A DNA stretch of 64,000 bases from Macrostomum lignano (lineage: Eukaryota), in assembly GCA_002269645.1 (NCBI GenBank), contig NIVC01001060.1, positions 17,702 to 81,701 on the forward strand, read 5' to 3'. The position numbers and the translations under genes are program-made. Of the stretch, positions 20,701 to 35,600 are shown piece by piece; positions within the stretch are counted from its first letter, which is position 1, and every line of letters begins with the position of its first letter. The notes beneath the pieces are model-generated. The model was given only the letters and a program-made list of their open reading frames with translations. It was not told the DNA's origin and ran no database searches.

Positions 20701-23700
20701 ATACCCCTTTCAACCGAAAAATACCCCTTTAAACCGAAAAATACTATTTCAACCGAAAAATACCTCTTTCAACCGAAAAATACCCCTTTAAACCGAAAAA
20801 TACCCTTTCAACCGAAAAATACCCTTTCGACTGAAAAATACCCCTTCAACCGAAAATACCCACCCAATCTGTATAAAGCACCTTTTTAATCCAGAATATA
20901 CCTCTTATACAGACAAAAAACCTTGCAAGCTGAAAGTACCGCTTCAACCGAAAAGTACCCCTTTAATCCGAAAAATACCCCTTCAGAACGAAAAATACTC
21001 TTTCAATCTAAATATACCCATTTGAATTCGAAAATAACCCATTAATTTAAAAAAATACCACTTTAACCGAATAATACTCCTTCATTCAGAAAAATACCCC
21101 TCCAATCTAGAAAAATACCCTCACCAATTCTCGTTCCCAGAACGTCCTCGGAATCAATGACAGCCTCGTGTCGGCACGTGAACGGCCTCCGCCGACCGAT
21201 GGTCTCAATTTTAAACAAAATTTTCGACGAAATAATCTGACCTTCAAAGTCGACGTGTCGCACAGACGAAGAGTCGGTGTCCACCGCCCTGAGGATGTCC
21301 ATCACCCCGGTCATGGTTAAAGTGTTGAGTCCGATTTTCAACACAGTCAAAACTGCATTCTTCTTCAGTCCTTTAGCAATGAGCTGAGCGCCCTCCCAGT
21401 TGATGCGGTTGGCTGTGATGTCCAGCTCTTGAAGGTAGCGATTGAAGCTGATCGCCTCCTGCAGCGCGATGCAGCCTTCGTAACCGAGGCCGTTCCAGGA
21501 CAGGTCGAGCGACACCAAGCCTATGTTGACCTTCAACGACCTGGCCAACGCAATGCCGCCTTTGCCGCGAATATGGTTCCAGCTGAGGTCCAGCTCTTCC
21601 AGGGTGTCATTCTCGATTAACATCCTGGCTAACTGCTTGCTGCCGTCAACTTCGATGTTGTTGCGGCCGAGTCGGAGTCGAACGAGCTGATAGTTCTTCT
21701 GTGTTGATTGGGGACTGCGGTTCCTGACACTAATCTGCAGTTCCTGACACTAATCTGCGGTTCCTGATACTAATCTGCGCTTCCTGATACTAATCTGCAG
21801 TTCCTGACACTAATCTGCAGTTCCTGACACTAATCTGCAGTTCCTGACACTAGTCTGCGATTCCTGACACTAATCTGCAGTTCCTGACACTAGTCTGCGA
21901 TTCCTGACACTAATCTGTGGTTCCTGACACTAATCTTCGGTTCCTGACTCTAATCTGTGGTCTGTGACACAAAAAAAGAGAATACTGCTACTAATCTGCG
22001 GTTTCTGAACAATTATGTGATTTCTGACCTGACCCTGTTGTTCCTGACACTGATCTGTACTTGGTGATTTCTTGACATCAATCGTAACTCCTAGCATTAA
22101 TATGTATCTTCGGGCACTAATCTGTGGTTCTGATGCAGTCAATCGACAATTCCACTTACGCACAAACCGTTGGCCAACGCTTTGGCATCCGCATCTCCGA
22201 GGTTGTTGTCTGACAGGTCCAGCTCTACCAGGCCAGAGTTGTTAGCCAGAGTCTCGCCAAAGTTGATGCAGCCAACACCAGAGACTGAGTTGCCTGACAG
22301 ATTCTGCAGGCGTTAACGAATTTTGGTGTTATAAAATCGAAAACTCTTTAATTAACCTGTGTCGACACCTGCAGATTCTCAAGACCATAGACTCTACTGC
22401 GTATATTTGTAACGAAATGAGAAGAGATAAGAGGAGAAGTGGGGGAAGAGAGGAGAGGAGAGGAGATGAGGGGAGAGGAAAGGAGAACAGAGGAGAGGAG
22501 ATGAGGGGAGAGGAGAGGAGAGCAGAGGAGATGAGAGGAGAGGAGATGAGAGGAGAGCAGAGGAGAGGAGATGAGAGGAGAGGAGAGGAGAGGAGAGCAG
22601 AGGAGAGGAAAGGAGAGCAGAGGAGAGGAGATGAGAGGAGAGGAGAGGAGAGGAGATCAGAGGAGAGGAGAGGAGAAGAGAGGAGAGGAGAGGAGAGCAG
22701 AGGAGAGGAGATGAAAGGAGAGGAGAGGAGAGGAGAGGAGAGGAGAGCAGAGGAGAGGAGAGGAGAGCAGAGGAGAGGAGATGAAAGGAGAGGAGAGGAG
22801 AGGAGAGGAGAGGAGAGGAGAGCAGAGGAGAGGAGAGGAGAGCAGATGAGAGGAGAGGAGAGGAGACGAGAGGAGAGGAGAGGAGAGGAGAGGAGAGGAG
22901 AGCAGAGGAGAGGAGATGAAAGGAGAGGAGAAGAGAGGAGAGAGAGAGGAGAGTAGAGAGAAAAGGAGAGAGGAGTATAATGAGGATTAGATAAAAGAGC
23001 AAACCTACGCAGAAATCTATCGAACTCACTGACAGCTGATGTTTCCCCTCTTGTCCTGAACCTTTAAGTTCTCTAATCGATCACCCAGCACTACAGTAAT
23101 TATTAGCCACAGCAGCAGCAGGCTGCACTAAGCTGCATACTCAGCCTGAAATAGTTTAAAATTAGCCCGCCACCTTTAGCGAACTCGAAATCAGAGGTAA
23201 GCGGCGGCTCCCAGTTCTCCGACTCTCCTGACTCTCCTCAGCCGAGCGGCTGAAGCTAAAAACAAATTACCATTTTTGAGCGATGCTGTAGAGGGTTTTA
23301 AAGAGATATTTAATTTCACTTGCTATTTATTTTTAGCTGCTAGCTAACCTTAAACCATTCTGTCTCTTTTAGGCTTTTTCAAAGCTTAAAATCTTCCTTT
23401 GTGTCTTGCCCCGTGTATGCCTGCTGTTGGAATTTGGTGAGCTAGGAGGTAGAATTAGCCTATGGTTTTGAGAATCATACAAATATAAAATACAGTCTAT
23501 GGTCTTAAAGATTGTTCAAAGTACTGTCTATGGTCTTGAAGATTGTTCATAGTACTGTCTATGGTCTTAAAGATTGTTCAAAGTACTGTCTATGGTCTTG
23601 AAGATTGTTCATAGTACTGTCTATGGTCTTAAAGATTGTTCAAAGTACTGTCTATGGTCTTGAAGATTGTTCATAGTACTGTCTATGGTCTTAAAGATTG

Positions 23701-26700
23701 TTCAAAGTACTGTCTATGGTCTTGAAGATTGTTCATAGTACTGTCTATGGTCTTAAGAGTTATACAAATATTACTGTCTATGGTCTTGAGAATTATACAA
23801 ATTGTACAGTCTATGGTCTTGAGAGTTATACAAATTGTACAGTCTATGGTCTTAAGAGTTATACAAATTGTACAGTCTATGGTCTTGAGAGTTATACAAA
23901 TTGTACAGTCTATGGTCTTGAGAATTATACAAATTGTACAGTCTATGGTCTTGAGAGTTATACAAATTGTACAGTCTATGGTCTTGAGAATTATACAAAT
24001 TGTACAGTCTATGGTCTTGAGAGTTATACAAATTGTACAGTCTATGGTCTTGAGAATTATAAAAATTTTACATTCTAAATGGTCTTGAGAATCATACAAA
24101 TCGTACAGTCTATGGTCTTGAGAACTATATAAATAATGCAGTTTATGGTCTCGAGAATTGTACAAATTGTACAGTCTATGATCTTGAGAGCTATACAAAT
24201 AGTACTGTCTATTGTCTTCAGAATTATATAAATAATGCAGTTTATGGTCTTGAGAATCATCATTATCTTCAACACAAGGATTAAAACAAACAACTCACAA
24301 TGATCTGTATGCAGGGATTATTCCTAACCAGATCGGCAATATTAGCGGCGGTGGCCGAGTCAATTCCGTTGCTACGCAAATCAATGCTCTCAACGGTGGC
24401 ATTCTGTTTTAGGGCTTCGCAGATGACTTGCACGTGTCTCGGGCCCAGGTTCATGAATTGCAGATCCAGGCTGAGTGTGTTCAGCTGAGCAACAACTCGG
24501 CGGAGCGGTGCCAGAGGAATCGGGGGGCGCTGGCACCTGTCCAGGTACAACTGCACATTCTGCTGCAGCCCCGTTGCCGGGGGCGACGGCGGAGAGTCTG
24601 AGAGATTTAATGACGATTGGTAAATATCGAATATTCTAATGGTATATATACCGATTCTAATGAATATCTACCGATTCTAATGAATATCTACCGATTCTAA
24701 TGATTATCTACCGATTCTAATTGAATATCTACAGATTCTAATGAATATCTACAGATTCTAATGAATATCTACAAATTCTAATTGAATATATACCGATTCT
24801 AATTGAATATCTACCGATTCTAATTGAATATCTACAGATTCTAATGAATATCTACCGATTCTGATTGAATATATACCGATTCTAATTGAATATCTACCGA
24901 TTCTAATGATTATCTACCGATTCTAATTGAATATCTACAGATTCTAATGAATATCTACCGATTCTGATTGAATATCTACCGATTCTAATTGAATATTTAC
25001 CGATTCTAATTGAATATCTACCGATTGTAATGAATATCTACAAATTCTAATTGAATATCTGCCGATTCGAATTGATATCTACAGATTGTAACGGAATCTA
25101 CCGATATAAACTGAATAACTGCCTGTCCCTTTTTAAAGTCAGTCAAAGCCTTACATTTATCGCTGCTCACACTTTAGTTTGGTCGCACCCGCCCTCTGCC
25201 GGCCCTGTCATGAACGCCAGGCCAGGCCCCTAAACCCTGGGTAAATAGCAAAGCGGAAGTCCCATCGCCCACAGTCTTGGATGCTCCGGAGATGGGAAAT
25301 TCTCCCATGCATTCTAAACAGTTGCGAGGTCGGGGGCAGGAACCAGGAAAGGCGGATGCTGAGACGGATTTGTAGCGAGTCTGTGTTGGGTACAAGACAC
25401 GCCATCAGATTTCCTTCATATGCGCTGTCAACCATATCTATAAGCGACGACTGGAAAAGTGGCTTGCAACATTGAAAAAAAAACACAAGAGCGAATTCTT
25501 TTACCAAATAAGACAGCACTGCACTCTGTACTCTACTCTTTACACTCTACTACATGGATTAACTTAAACTCTACCATACTATACCACACTATACCACACT
25601 ATACCACACTAAACCACACTATACCACACTATACCACACACTGCAACACTAAACAACACTATACCACACACTGCCACACTATACCACACTATACCACACT
25701 ATACCACACTATACCACACTATACCACACTATACCACACTATACCACACTATACCACACTATACCACACTATACCACACACTGCCACACTATACCACACT
25801 ATACCACACTATACCACACACTGCCACACTATACCACACACTGCCACACTATACCACACTATACCACACACTACCACACTATATCACACTATATCACACA
25901 CTACCACACTATACCACACACTGCCACACTATACCACACTATACCACACTATACCACACTATACCACACACTGCCACACTAAACCACACTATACCACACA
26001 CTGCCACACTATACCACACTATACCACACACTGCCACACTATACCACACACTGCCACACTATACCACACTATACCACACACTGCCACACTATACCACACA
26101 CTGCCACACTATACCACACTATACCACACACTGCCACACTATACCGCACACTGCCACACTATACCACACTATACCACACACTGCCACACTATACCACACA
26201 CTGCCACACTATACCACACTATACCACACACTGCCACACTATACCACACTATACCACACACTGCCACACTATACCACACTATACCACACACTGCCACACT
26301 ATACCACACTATACCACACACTGCCACACTATACCACACTATACCACACACTGCCACACTATACCACACTATACCACACACTGCCACACTATACCACACA
26401 CTGCCACACTATACCACACTATACCACACACTGCCACACTATACCACACTATACCACACTATACCACACACTGCCACACTATACCACACTATACCACACA
26501 CTATACCACACACTGCCACACTATACCACACTATGCCACACTATACCACACACTGCCACACTATACCACACTATGCCACACTATACCACACACTGTCACA
26601 CTATACCACACTATACCACACACTGCCACACTATACCACACTATGCCACACTATGCCACACTATACCACACACTGTCACACTATACCACACTATACCACA

Positions 26701-27233
26701 CACTACCACACTATACCACACACTGCCACACTATACCACACTATACCACACTATACCACACTATACCACACACTGCCACACTAAACCACACTATACCACA
26801 CACTGCCACACTATACCACACTATACCACACACTGCCACACTATACCACACACTGCCACACTATACCACACTATACCACACACTGCCACACTATACCACA
26901 CACTGCCACACTATACCACACTATACCACACACTGCCACACTATACCACACACTGCCACACTATACCACACTATACCACACTATACCACACACTGCCACA
27001 CTATACCACACTATACCACACACTGCCACACACTGCCACACTATGCCACACTATACCACACTACCACACTCAGACACGAACTCACCCCGTATCTCCAATC
27101 TTGTAGTCGCAGCCGAATTGACCGCCGAAGCGCCTCTCGAGGTCGGTGCTTCGCGCCCCCTACCAGCCGAAGATCTAACGCTCTGTCGCTTGCGCAATCT
27201 AGACTGAACAGCTTCCTGATTAACTGTCTCCAT
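17739..27233 (-). CDS. LRRC74-like leucine-rich-repeat protein (RNI-like LRRs, EF-hand-like region, basic low-complexity tail), about 673 aa; exons 27233-27086, 24597-24299, 22303-22160, 21698-21125, 20568-20432, 19659-19574, 18372-17739
   Basis: LYLDRC...LDLQFMNLGPR, LDLSDNNL, LEELDLSWNHI, LDLSWNGLGYEGC, LDITANRI, LKIGLNTL, DPLKLL...IVDLYRMIDKD, IDPKKTGKISY; all six introns GT-AG and phase-consistent (1,0,0,1,0,2); summed length 2022 nt is divisible by 3. Confidence 0.85.
18490..19030. repeat. ~35-43 bp minisatellite (AATTCAATAATGGGGGAATCCCAAGGGACTCCCGT[ACATGT]) in the last LRRC74-like intron
   Basis: About 13 GGGAATCC(C) cores. Confidence 0.92.
19043..19341 (-). mobile_element. Non-autonomous interspersed repeat, copy 2 (most complete); 3' end has a CAGGG/CCCTG hairpin plus CTAG, Helitron-like
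   Basis: Homology to copies at 15989 and 56235; hairpin arms 19050-19054 and 19065-19069. Confidence 0.75.
19817..20165. repeat. 33-bp minisatellite (CCCTGCTCTACCTCTCTCCATTCTCTCTCGCAT), intronic
   Basis: About 10.5 units; source of the spurious MREWREVEQGC ORF. Confidence 0.95.
20660..21120. repeat. Degenerate ~19-20 bp repeat (AAAAATACCCCTTTCAACCG), intronic
   Basis: Direct inspection. Confidence 0.85.
21715..22130. repeat. 20-bp minisatellite (CTGACACTAATCTGCAGTTC), intronic, decaying toward 22130
   Basis: Direct inspection. Confidence 0.9.
22410..22985. repeat. (GAGGA)n purine-rich microsatellite
   Basis: Direct inspection. Confidence 0.95.
23455..24260. repeat. Two related 30-33 bp minisatellites sharing the core GTCTATGGTCTTGA
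   Basis: Block 1 ...AGATTGTTCATAGTACT; block 2 ...GAATTATACAAATTGTACA. Confidence 0.93.
24630..25105. repeat. 20-21 bp minisatellite (ACCGATTCTAATTGAATATCT)
   Basis: Direct inspection. Confidence 0.93.
25570..27065. repeat. 10-bp satellite (ATACCACACT with ACACTGCC variants) in LRRC74-like intron 1
   Basis: Direct inspection. Confidence 0.96.
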
Positions 27234-27659
27234 GGCAACCGGTGTGTGCCAGGCTATAAGCTCAAAATCCCTGCGAGTCTTGATTCCCTTTCACAGTTGG
27301 ATTTTATGCTAACTGGCCGGCTGGGGCCTTCATTAATTCTGCATGCGTCGACCGTGTGAGCAGTTTTACGGGTCTGAATAGCATAAAATCGTATCAGCTG
27401 CAGGGGGCCGCTTGAGTTTACCTGCTATTGAAACATTCACATCCCGGGGCCCAAGGCCGTCCATTCTACCTGGATTAAGGCGTCTTATCAGTCTGAGTGC
27501 GTGTTGCTTTTCGGTTAATTTTCCAACAGCACTCCTTGGCCCGTCTCCATCAGCACCGCTCTCCGCCCTCATCAACCGCAGCTCAACTTTTCTGCCCCGA
27601 TCTCTTGGCGCTTAGGAAAATTCCATCTACAATTTTAAACAGGAAATACTTTGAGGTAC

Positions 27660-28955
<1,296 letters not shown>

Positions 28956-29599
28956 GTTTTACTGTAGCTTACCTCAACTTCTAAATTTGCCATACAATAT
29001 TAAGAAGAAAAATTAAAGAAAATTTAAGTAGCCAAAGTCAGCAAAAATCATTTATGGACGCAATTATTGATTATTGAATGTTTGAAGATAATAATAAGCT
29101 CATCAAGAATTACCCATTACAGGTGAGTGGCGTGTAGCTGGGTAAAGAGTTCTGGGGACAAACACTCGCTGTGACAAAAATTATTAGGATTAATTTTTCG
29201 AGCATTGAAGGCCTTCAAAATAATAAAACTAAAAACAAGTTGCTTACCAGGCTATCAAATATCTATTTAAAACGTATCGATAAAACATGTAAGTAAAAGG
29301 CTTGACGAACGAACACGAAAGAAAATCTTTATATTAGGAGTAATAATATTAATTATTTGTGAGTGCAATAAGTACATCAACATAATTTTAATTTGAAGGA
29401 GTGGTACAGAGACAGATTACCTTTTAGTATACCTTTTTCGGTATACTACGAGCGTAATTACGTCAGAAAAAAGTTTTGAACGAACACGAAAGACCGGAAA
29501 GGGAAAGACGAATATGACTGATTGATAAACGGAAAAGCTTTGAGGAGACGAAGGAAAAGATTCTGTAGGATAGTAAAATGACATGTCAAGCGGCTGGGA

Positions 29600-29880
<281 letters not shown>

Positions 29881-30164
29881 AAGACAGAGACAGTGGATAG
29901 ACAGAAATAGTAGATAGACAGAGACTGTAGATAGACGGCTTGAGACACTTATTCAGACAGAGAACCAATAAGCTGATACGAAAAGCTGATACGATCACAA
30001 AAATCAATATTGGAGTGGAAAAGCAGCCCAGGCAGTAACAGACAGGATGCTATAAGAATATTATTTGTTAAAGCTGATATTTGCCGGACAAATAAGGTTA
30101 AAATAGACTAGAGAAGCATTACCTATGATTTGCAGGCAGGACACTGATCAGTTGTTCCCCAGCT

Positions 30165-30896
30165 TCACGATCCACTCTTCGCATTTTCGTCGAGACCGTC
30201 GGGTCTGCCGTTCAGAGCGCTGCCGCTGGTGAATCGACGAAAATTCGAATTGTCTCCTTCCGGTTGCGGTGCTTCCGGTTCAACTTGTGCAGCTTCAGCC
30301 GGTTGCTTCTGCTGCTGTAGCGGCGGCGGCTGCTTCAGAATGGACGGGCATCTTGGCGGAGGCACCGGGCTGGCTCTCTCCGACCGGCTCTGTGCCTTGT
30401 CTCCGTCAGCTGCTGCCACCAACAGCTGCTGTCGCTGCTGTCGCTGCTCCCACTGTCGCTGCAGCAGGAACAGGCTCGGACAGGACTCTGATCGGCGGCT
30501 CCAAAGAAGCGAGGAGTCTGTCGGACTGTCAGCGTCGGGTTCCGACGGCGCGTGAACATCCAAGCTGCCTGCCGACGACGCGGCACCGCCGCCGCCGCCG
30601 CCTCCGCCTCCCAAGGAGCCGACGCTGCTGACTGAACCACCGAAGCTCAAGCCCGATGCCAGCTGCTTGAACGGCACCTCAAGGTGACCAACTCCGCCGC
30701 CGCCGCCTCCGCCCACTTCGCTGACAACGGCGCCGCCACCGTGTAGAAATCTTGGAACACTTCGACACTTGCTGATGCAGCCCATAGCGCCTCTGCTGCC
30801 GCCGCCGCTGCCGCCGGCATCCGCGTCGACCAGACGACTCCTGTCGACGCGAATTCGAATTTGTTGCTGCGGTTTCGGCTTGTGATCTGACGACAT
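30165..30896 (-). CDS. Hypothetical Gly/Ser/Gln-rich low-complexity protein (243 aa), or a 5' exon of an unresolved gene
   Basis: ATG-initiated GC-rich ORF in non-repeat DNA, with codon style like the neighbouring real exons; no family recognised. Confidence 0.4.
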   Translation of the reverse strand: MSSDHKPKPQQQIRIRVDRSRLVDADAGGSGGGSRGAMGCISKCRSVPRFLHGGGAVVSEVGGGGGGGVGHLEVPFKQLASGLSFGGSVSSVGSLGGGGGGGGGAASSAGSLDVHAPSEPDADSPTDSSLLWSRRSESCPSLFLLQRQWEQRQQRQQLLVAAADGDKAQSRSERASPVPPPRCPSILKQPPPLQQQKQPAEAAQVEPEAPQPEGDNSNFRRFTSGSALNGRPDGLDENAKSGS

Positions 30897-31594
30897 GATC
30901 AGCTCGATCTTCTACGGAGACAGCCGGAGAGTGTGGGCCTGCCTGTGCACTGTGGGTGCTCTCCGGTTCTTTGAGTGAGGGAACTTAAAACTGCAGGGAG
31001 AAAATTTGTGGCCACAGCCGCTGCTGCTGTCGCCCTACTTGAGACAGAGAGCTTGGGAGCTGACTGGGGAGAGAGGAAGAGAGTGGAAGTGAAGGGAAGG
31101 GAGAGGGGTTGCAGCGTACAGCCTGACCAAGCCTTGTCCCTATCCGTCACCTCCACCCTCAGCAAAGCTCATTGAGCTGCTCCCCCCGAGTGAAGGAGGG
31201 AGACGGGGAGCTCAGCTTTCCTGTGTCCCCCCCCCTGATCTGCATGTAAGCTCAGAAACGTTCCTCAAATCCTTGCGCCCATCAGCAGTTCAAATTTTAT
31301 TCTTTGGTCGCGTACGGTAGAGCGAGTAGAGTGTGTTTAGCGGACCTCCTTTCCCTCCCTGCGCTTCACTTCCGTCTTCTTTATAATTATCTCTCATTCT
31401 CTCTGACCAGTTCGGATGGGAATGGGAGATAAGTGTACATGTGCGCACTGGAGCATATCTGCTTAGACTACCCCATAGGTATTTAGGTAGAAGATTATTG
31501 GAGGTTGGGAAATACGAGGGTAGACAAAAAGAGATTGTCCATTCAATCATATCCCACTCTTCCCTTTGCAGACAGATCCTATGTTTTAATGGCA

Positions 31595-32020
31595 GAATAG
31601 AGAGAAGAGAGGAAGAGAGAGAGAGGAGAGAGGAGAGAGGAGAGAGGAGAGAGGAGAGAGGAGAGAGGAGAGAGGAGAGAGGAGAGAGGAGAGAGGAGAG
31701 AGGAGAGAGGAAAGAGGAGAGAGGAGAGAGGAAAGAGGAGAGAGGAGAGAGGAAAGATGAGAGAAGAAAGAGAGAGAAAGAGGAGAAAGGAGAGGAGAGA
31801 GGAGAGAGGAAAGAGGAGAGAGGAGAGAGGAAAGAGGAGAGAGGAGAGAGGAGAGAGGAGAGAAGAAAGAGAGAGAAAGAGGAGAAAGGAGAGGAGAGAG
31901 GAGAGAGGAGAGAGGAGAGAGGAGAGAGGAGAGAGGAGAGAGGGAGAGGAGAGAGTGGAGAGGAGAGAGGAGAGAGGAGAGAGGAGAGAGGAGAGAGGAG
32001 AAAGGAGATAGGAGCTAGAT
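31595..32020. repeat. GA-rich purine microsatellite (GAGAGGA)n
   Basis: Direct inspection. Confidence 0.94.
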
Positions 32021-32697
32021 AGTGGAATGATAATAAGCCGAATGCAATACCGCAGACACTTTGCCAAACAAAAATCCCAAAAGCCGACCCACCTGGCTAA
32101 AATCCTCTCGCGCACTCCCAAAGCTGGCCGCCAACCAAGCAAGGCAGGATCCGGGCCTTCCAGTGCAAGGTGAAACACGAACGCCCCGGATCTTAGTAGC
32201 TAAGATGAATTTTTTCTATGAGGGCTGGTCGCATAAAAGTAAAATATCCACCCCGTAGGCTTTACAGAAAGCTCTTGCGCCCAATAGAATCCTCGTCCCC
32301 AATTCTGCAGTGAATAGTTCGCCAAAATCCCCTAGGCACCACCTTACGGCCCATCATCTGGCAGCCAAACATGGCCTCTCCAAGTTTCTAGGGAATAGCC
32401 AGACCCTCACTCCGGATCGTTAGGCGTAAATAGCGTTTAAAACGGTGTTTTTTTTCCCTCCTGCCCTGTCTACCAAAGACTCCCCGCTGCTAACTGGCGG
32501 CTGGCCAGTAGAAGGTAAGAAATGGTCCAAGCTAGCTGCTTTAAACAGAATTTGATTGGCCGACAAGTACACGGTCGAATGTGTTTCACCTCACCTAACC
32601 ACCTAATCCATTTATGACTGCCAGGGTATCTGCAAGGCCAGCCTAACTAGGAGCTTTCCTTCTTCGAGTTTGTCTTTTTGGAGAATAAGCCGAAGCA

Positions 32698-35600
32698 ATG
32701 ATGCGGAAGCAATCTCCGCAATTTCTGTTCCTACTGCAGTTGCTGCTGCCCATATCTGCTTCCGGGTGGAGCAGCTCGTCTGGAGCCAGCCTAGCCATTG
32801 TATTTGACACCACAGGTTCCATGAAAGACGATCTTGTTGGAGTGAAACGCGGTGTGACCAGGATTTTGCAGGAGCCGGACTCGAGAAGAGGAACTGCGGT
32901 TTCTAATTACATCTTGGTACGGGTTAATGAGCCAGGTAAGGAGTCTACTCACTGTCACTCACTGTAACTCACTGTAACTCACTGTAACTCACTGTAACTC
33001 ACTGTAACTCACTGTAACTCACTGTAACTCATTGTAACTCATCATTGTAACTCACTGTAGCTCACTGTAACTCACTGTAACTCACTGTCACTCACTGTAA
33101 CTCACTGTCACTCACTGTAACTCACTGTAACTCACTGTAACTCACTGTAACTCACTGTAACTCACTGTAACTCACTGTAACTCATCACTGTAACTCACTG
33201 TAACTCACTGTAGCTCACTGTAACTCACTGTAGCTCATCACTGTAACTCACTGTAGCTCACTGTAACTCACTGTAACTCACTGTAACTCACTGTAACTCA
33301 CTGTAACTCACTGTAACTCACTGTAACTCACTGTAACTCACTGTAACTCACTGTAACTCACTGTAACTCACTGTAACTCACTGTAACTCACTGTAACTCA
33401 CTGTAACTCACTGTAACTCACTGTAGCTCACCGTAACTCACAGTAACTCACTGTAACTCACTGTAACTCACTGTAACTCACTGTAACTCACTGTAACTCA
33501 CTGTAGCTCACTGTAACTCACTGTAACTCACTGTAACTCACTGTAGCTCACTGTAGCTCACTGTAACTCACTGTAGCTCACTGTAACTCACTGAAACTCA
33601 CTGTAACTCATCATTGTAACTCACTGTAACTCACTGTAACTCACTGTAGCTCACTGTAGCTCACTGTAACTCGCTGAAACTCACTGTAGCTCACCGTAAC
33701 TCACTGTAACTCATCATTGTAACTCACTGTAACTCACTGTAACTCACTGTAGCTCACTGTAACTCACTGTAACTCATCATTGTAACTCACTGTAACTCAC
33801 TGTAACTCACTGTAGCTCACCGTAACTCACTGTAACTCACTGTAGCTCACTGTAACTCACTGTAGCTCACCGTAACTCACTGTAGCTCACCGTAACTCAC
33901 TGTAACTCACTGTAACTCACTGTAGCTCACTGTAACTCACTGTAACTCATTTTAACTCACTGTAGCTCACTGTAACTCACTGTAGCTCACCGTAACTCAC
34001 TGTAGCTCACTGTAGCTCACTGTCACTCACTGTAACTCACTGTAACTCACTGTAACTCACTGTAACTCACTGTAGCTCACCGTAACTCACTGTAACTCAC
34101 TGTAACTCACTGTAGCTCACTGTAAATCACTGTAACTCACTGTAACTCACTGTAGCTCACTGTAGCTCACTGTAACTCACTGTAACTCACTGTAACTCAC
34201 TGTAACTCACTGTAGCTCACCGTAACTCACTGTAGCTCACTGTAACTCACTGTAACTCACTGTAGCTCACCGTAACTCACTGTAACTCACTGTAACTCAC
34301 TGTAACTCACTGTAGCTCACTGTAACTCACTGTAACTCACTGTAACTCATTTTAACTCACTGTAGCTCACTGTAACTCACTGTAGCTCACTGTAACTCAC
34401 TGTAGCTCACTGTAACTCTCTGTAGCTCACCGTAACTCACTGTAACTCATCACTGTAACTCACTGTAACTCACTGTAGCTCACTGTAACTCACTGTGGCT
34501 CATCACTGTAACTCACTGTAGCTCACTGTAACTCACTGTAACTCACTGTAACTCACTGTAACTCACTGTAACTCACTGTAACTCACTGTAACTCACTGTA
34601 ACTCACTGTAACTCACTGTAACTCACTGTAACTCACTGTAACTCACTGTAACTCACTGTAACTCACTGTAACTCACTGTAACTCACTGTAGCTCACCGTA
34701 ACTCACTGTAACTCACTGTAACTCACTGTAACTCACTGTAACTCACTGTAACTCACTGTAACTCACTGTAGCTCACTGTAACTCACTGTAACTCACTGTA
34801 ACTCACTGTAGCTCACTGTAGCTCACTGTAACTCACTGTAGCTCACTGTAACTCACTGAAACTCACTGTAACTCATCATTGTAACTCACTGTAACTCACT
34901 GTAACTCACTGTAGCTCACTGTAGCTCACTGTAACTCGCTGAAACTCACTGTAGCTCACCGTAACTCACTGTAACTCATCATTGTAACTCACTGTAACTC
35001 ACTGTAACTCACTGTAGCTCACTGTAACTCACTGTAACTCACTGTAACTCACTGTAACTCACTGTAACTCACTGTAGCTCACCGTAACTCACAGTAACTC
35101 ACTGTAACTCACTGTAACTCACTGTAACTCACTGTAACTCACTGTAACTCACTGTAGCTCACTGTAACTCACTGTAACTCACTGTAACTCACTGTAGCTC
35201 ACTGTAGCTCACTGTAACTCACTGTAGCTCACTGTAACTCACTGAAACTCACTGTAACTCATCATTGTAACTCACTGTAACTCACTGTAACTCACTGTAG
35301 CTCACTGTAGCTCACTGTAACTCGCTGAAACTCACTGTAGCTCACCGTAACTCACTGTAACTCATCATTGTAACTCACTGTAACTCACTGTAACTCACTG
35401 TAGCTCACTGTAACTCACTGTAACTCATCATTGTAACTCACTGTAACTCACTGTAACTCACTGTAGCTCACCGTAACTCACTGTAACTCACTGTAGCTCA
35501 CTGTAACTCACTGTAGCTCACCGTAACTCACTGTAGCTCACCGTAACTCACTGTAACTCACTGTAACTCACTGTAGCTCACTGTAACTCACTGTAACTCA

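Noticed and set aside
25174-25519. Extra LRRC74-like exon in the GC-richer island of intron 1
   Set aside because: The exons at 27086 and 24597 already join in phase, and no translation resembles the family
25459-27359. His/Thr/Tyr-rich ORFs (HTIPHYTTL)n
   Set aside because: Decamer satellite on the antisense strand of LRRC74-like intron 1
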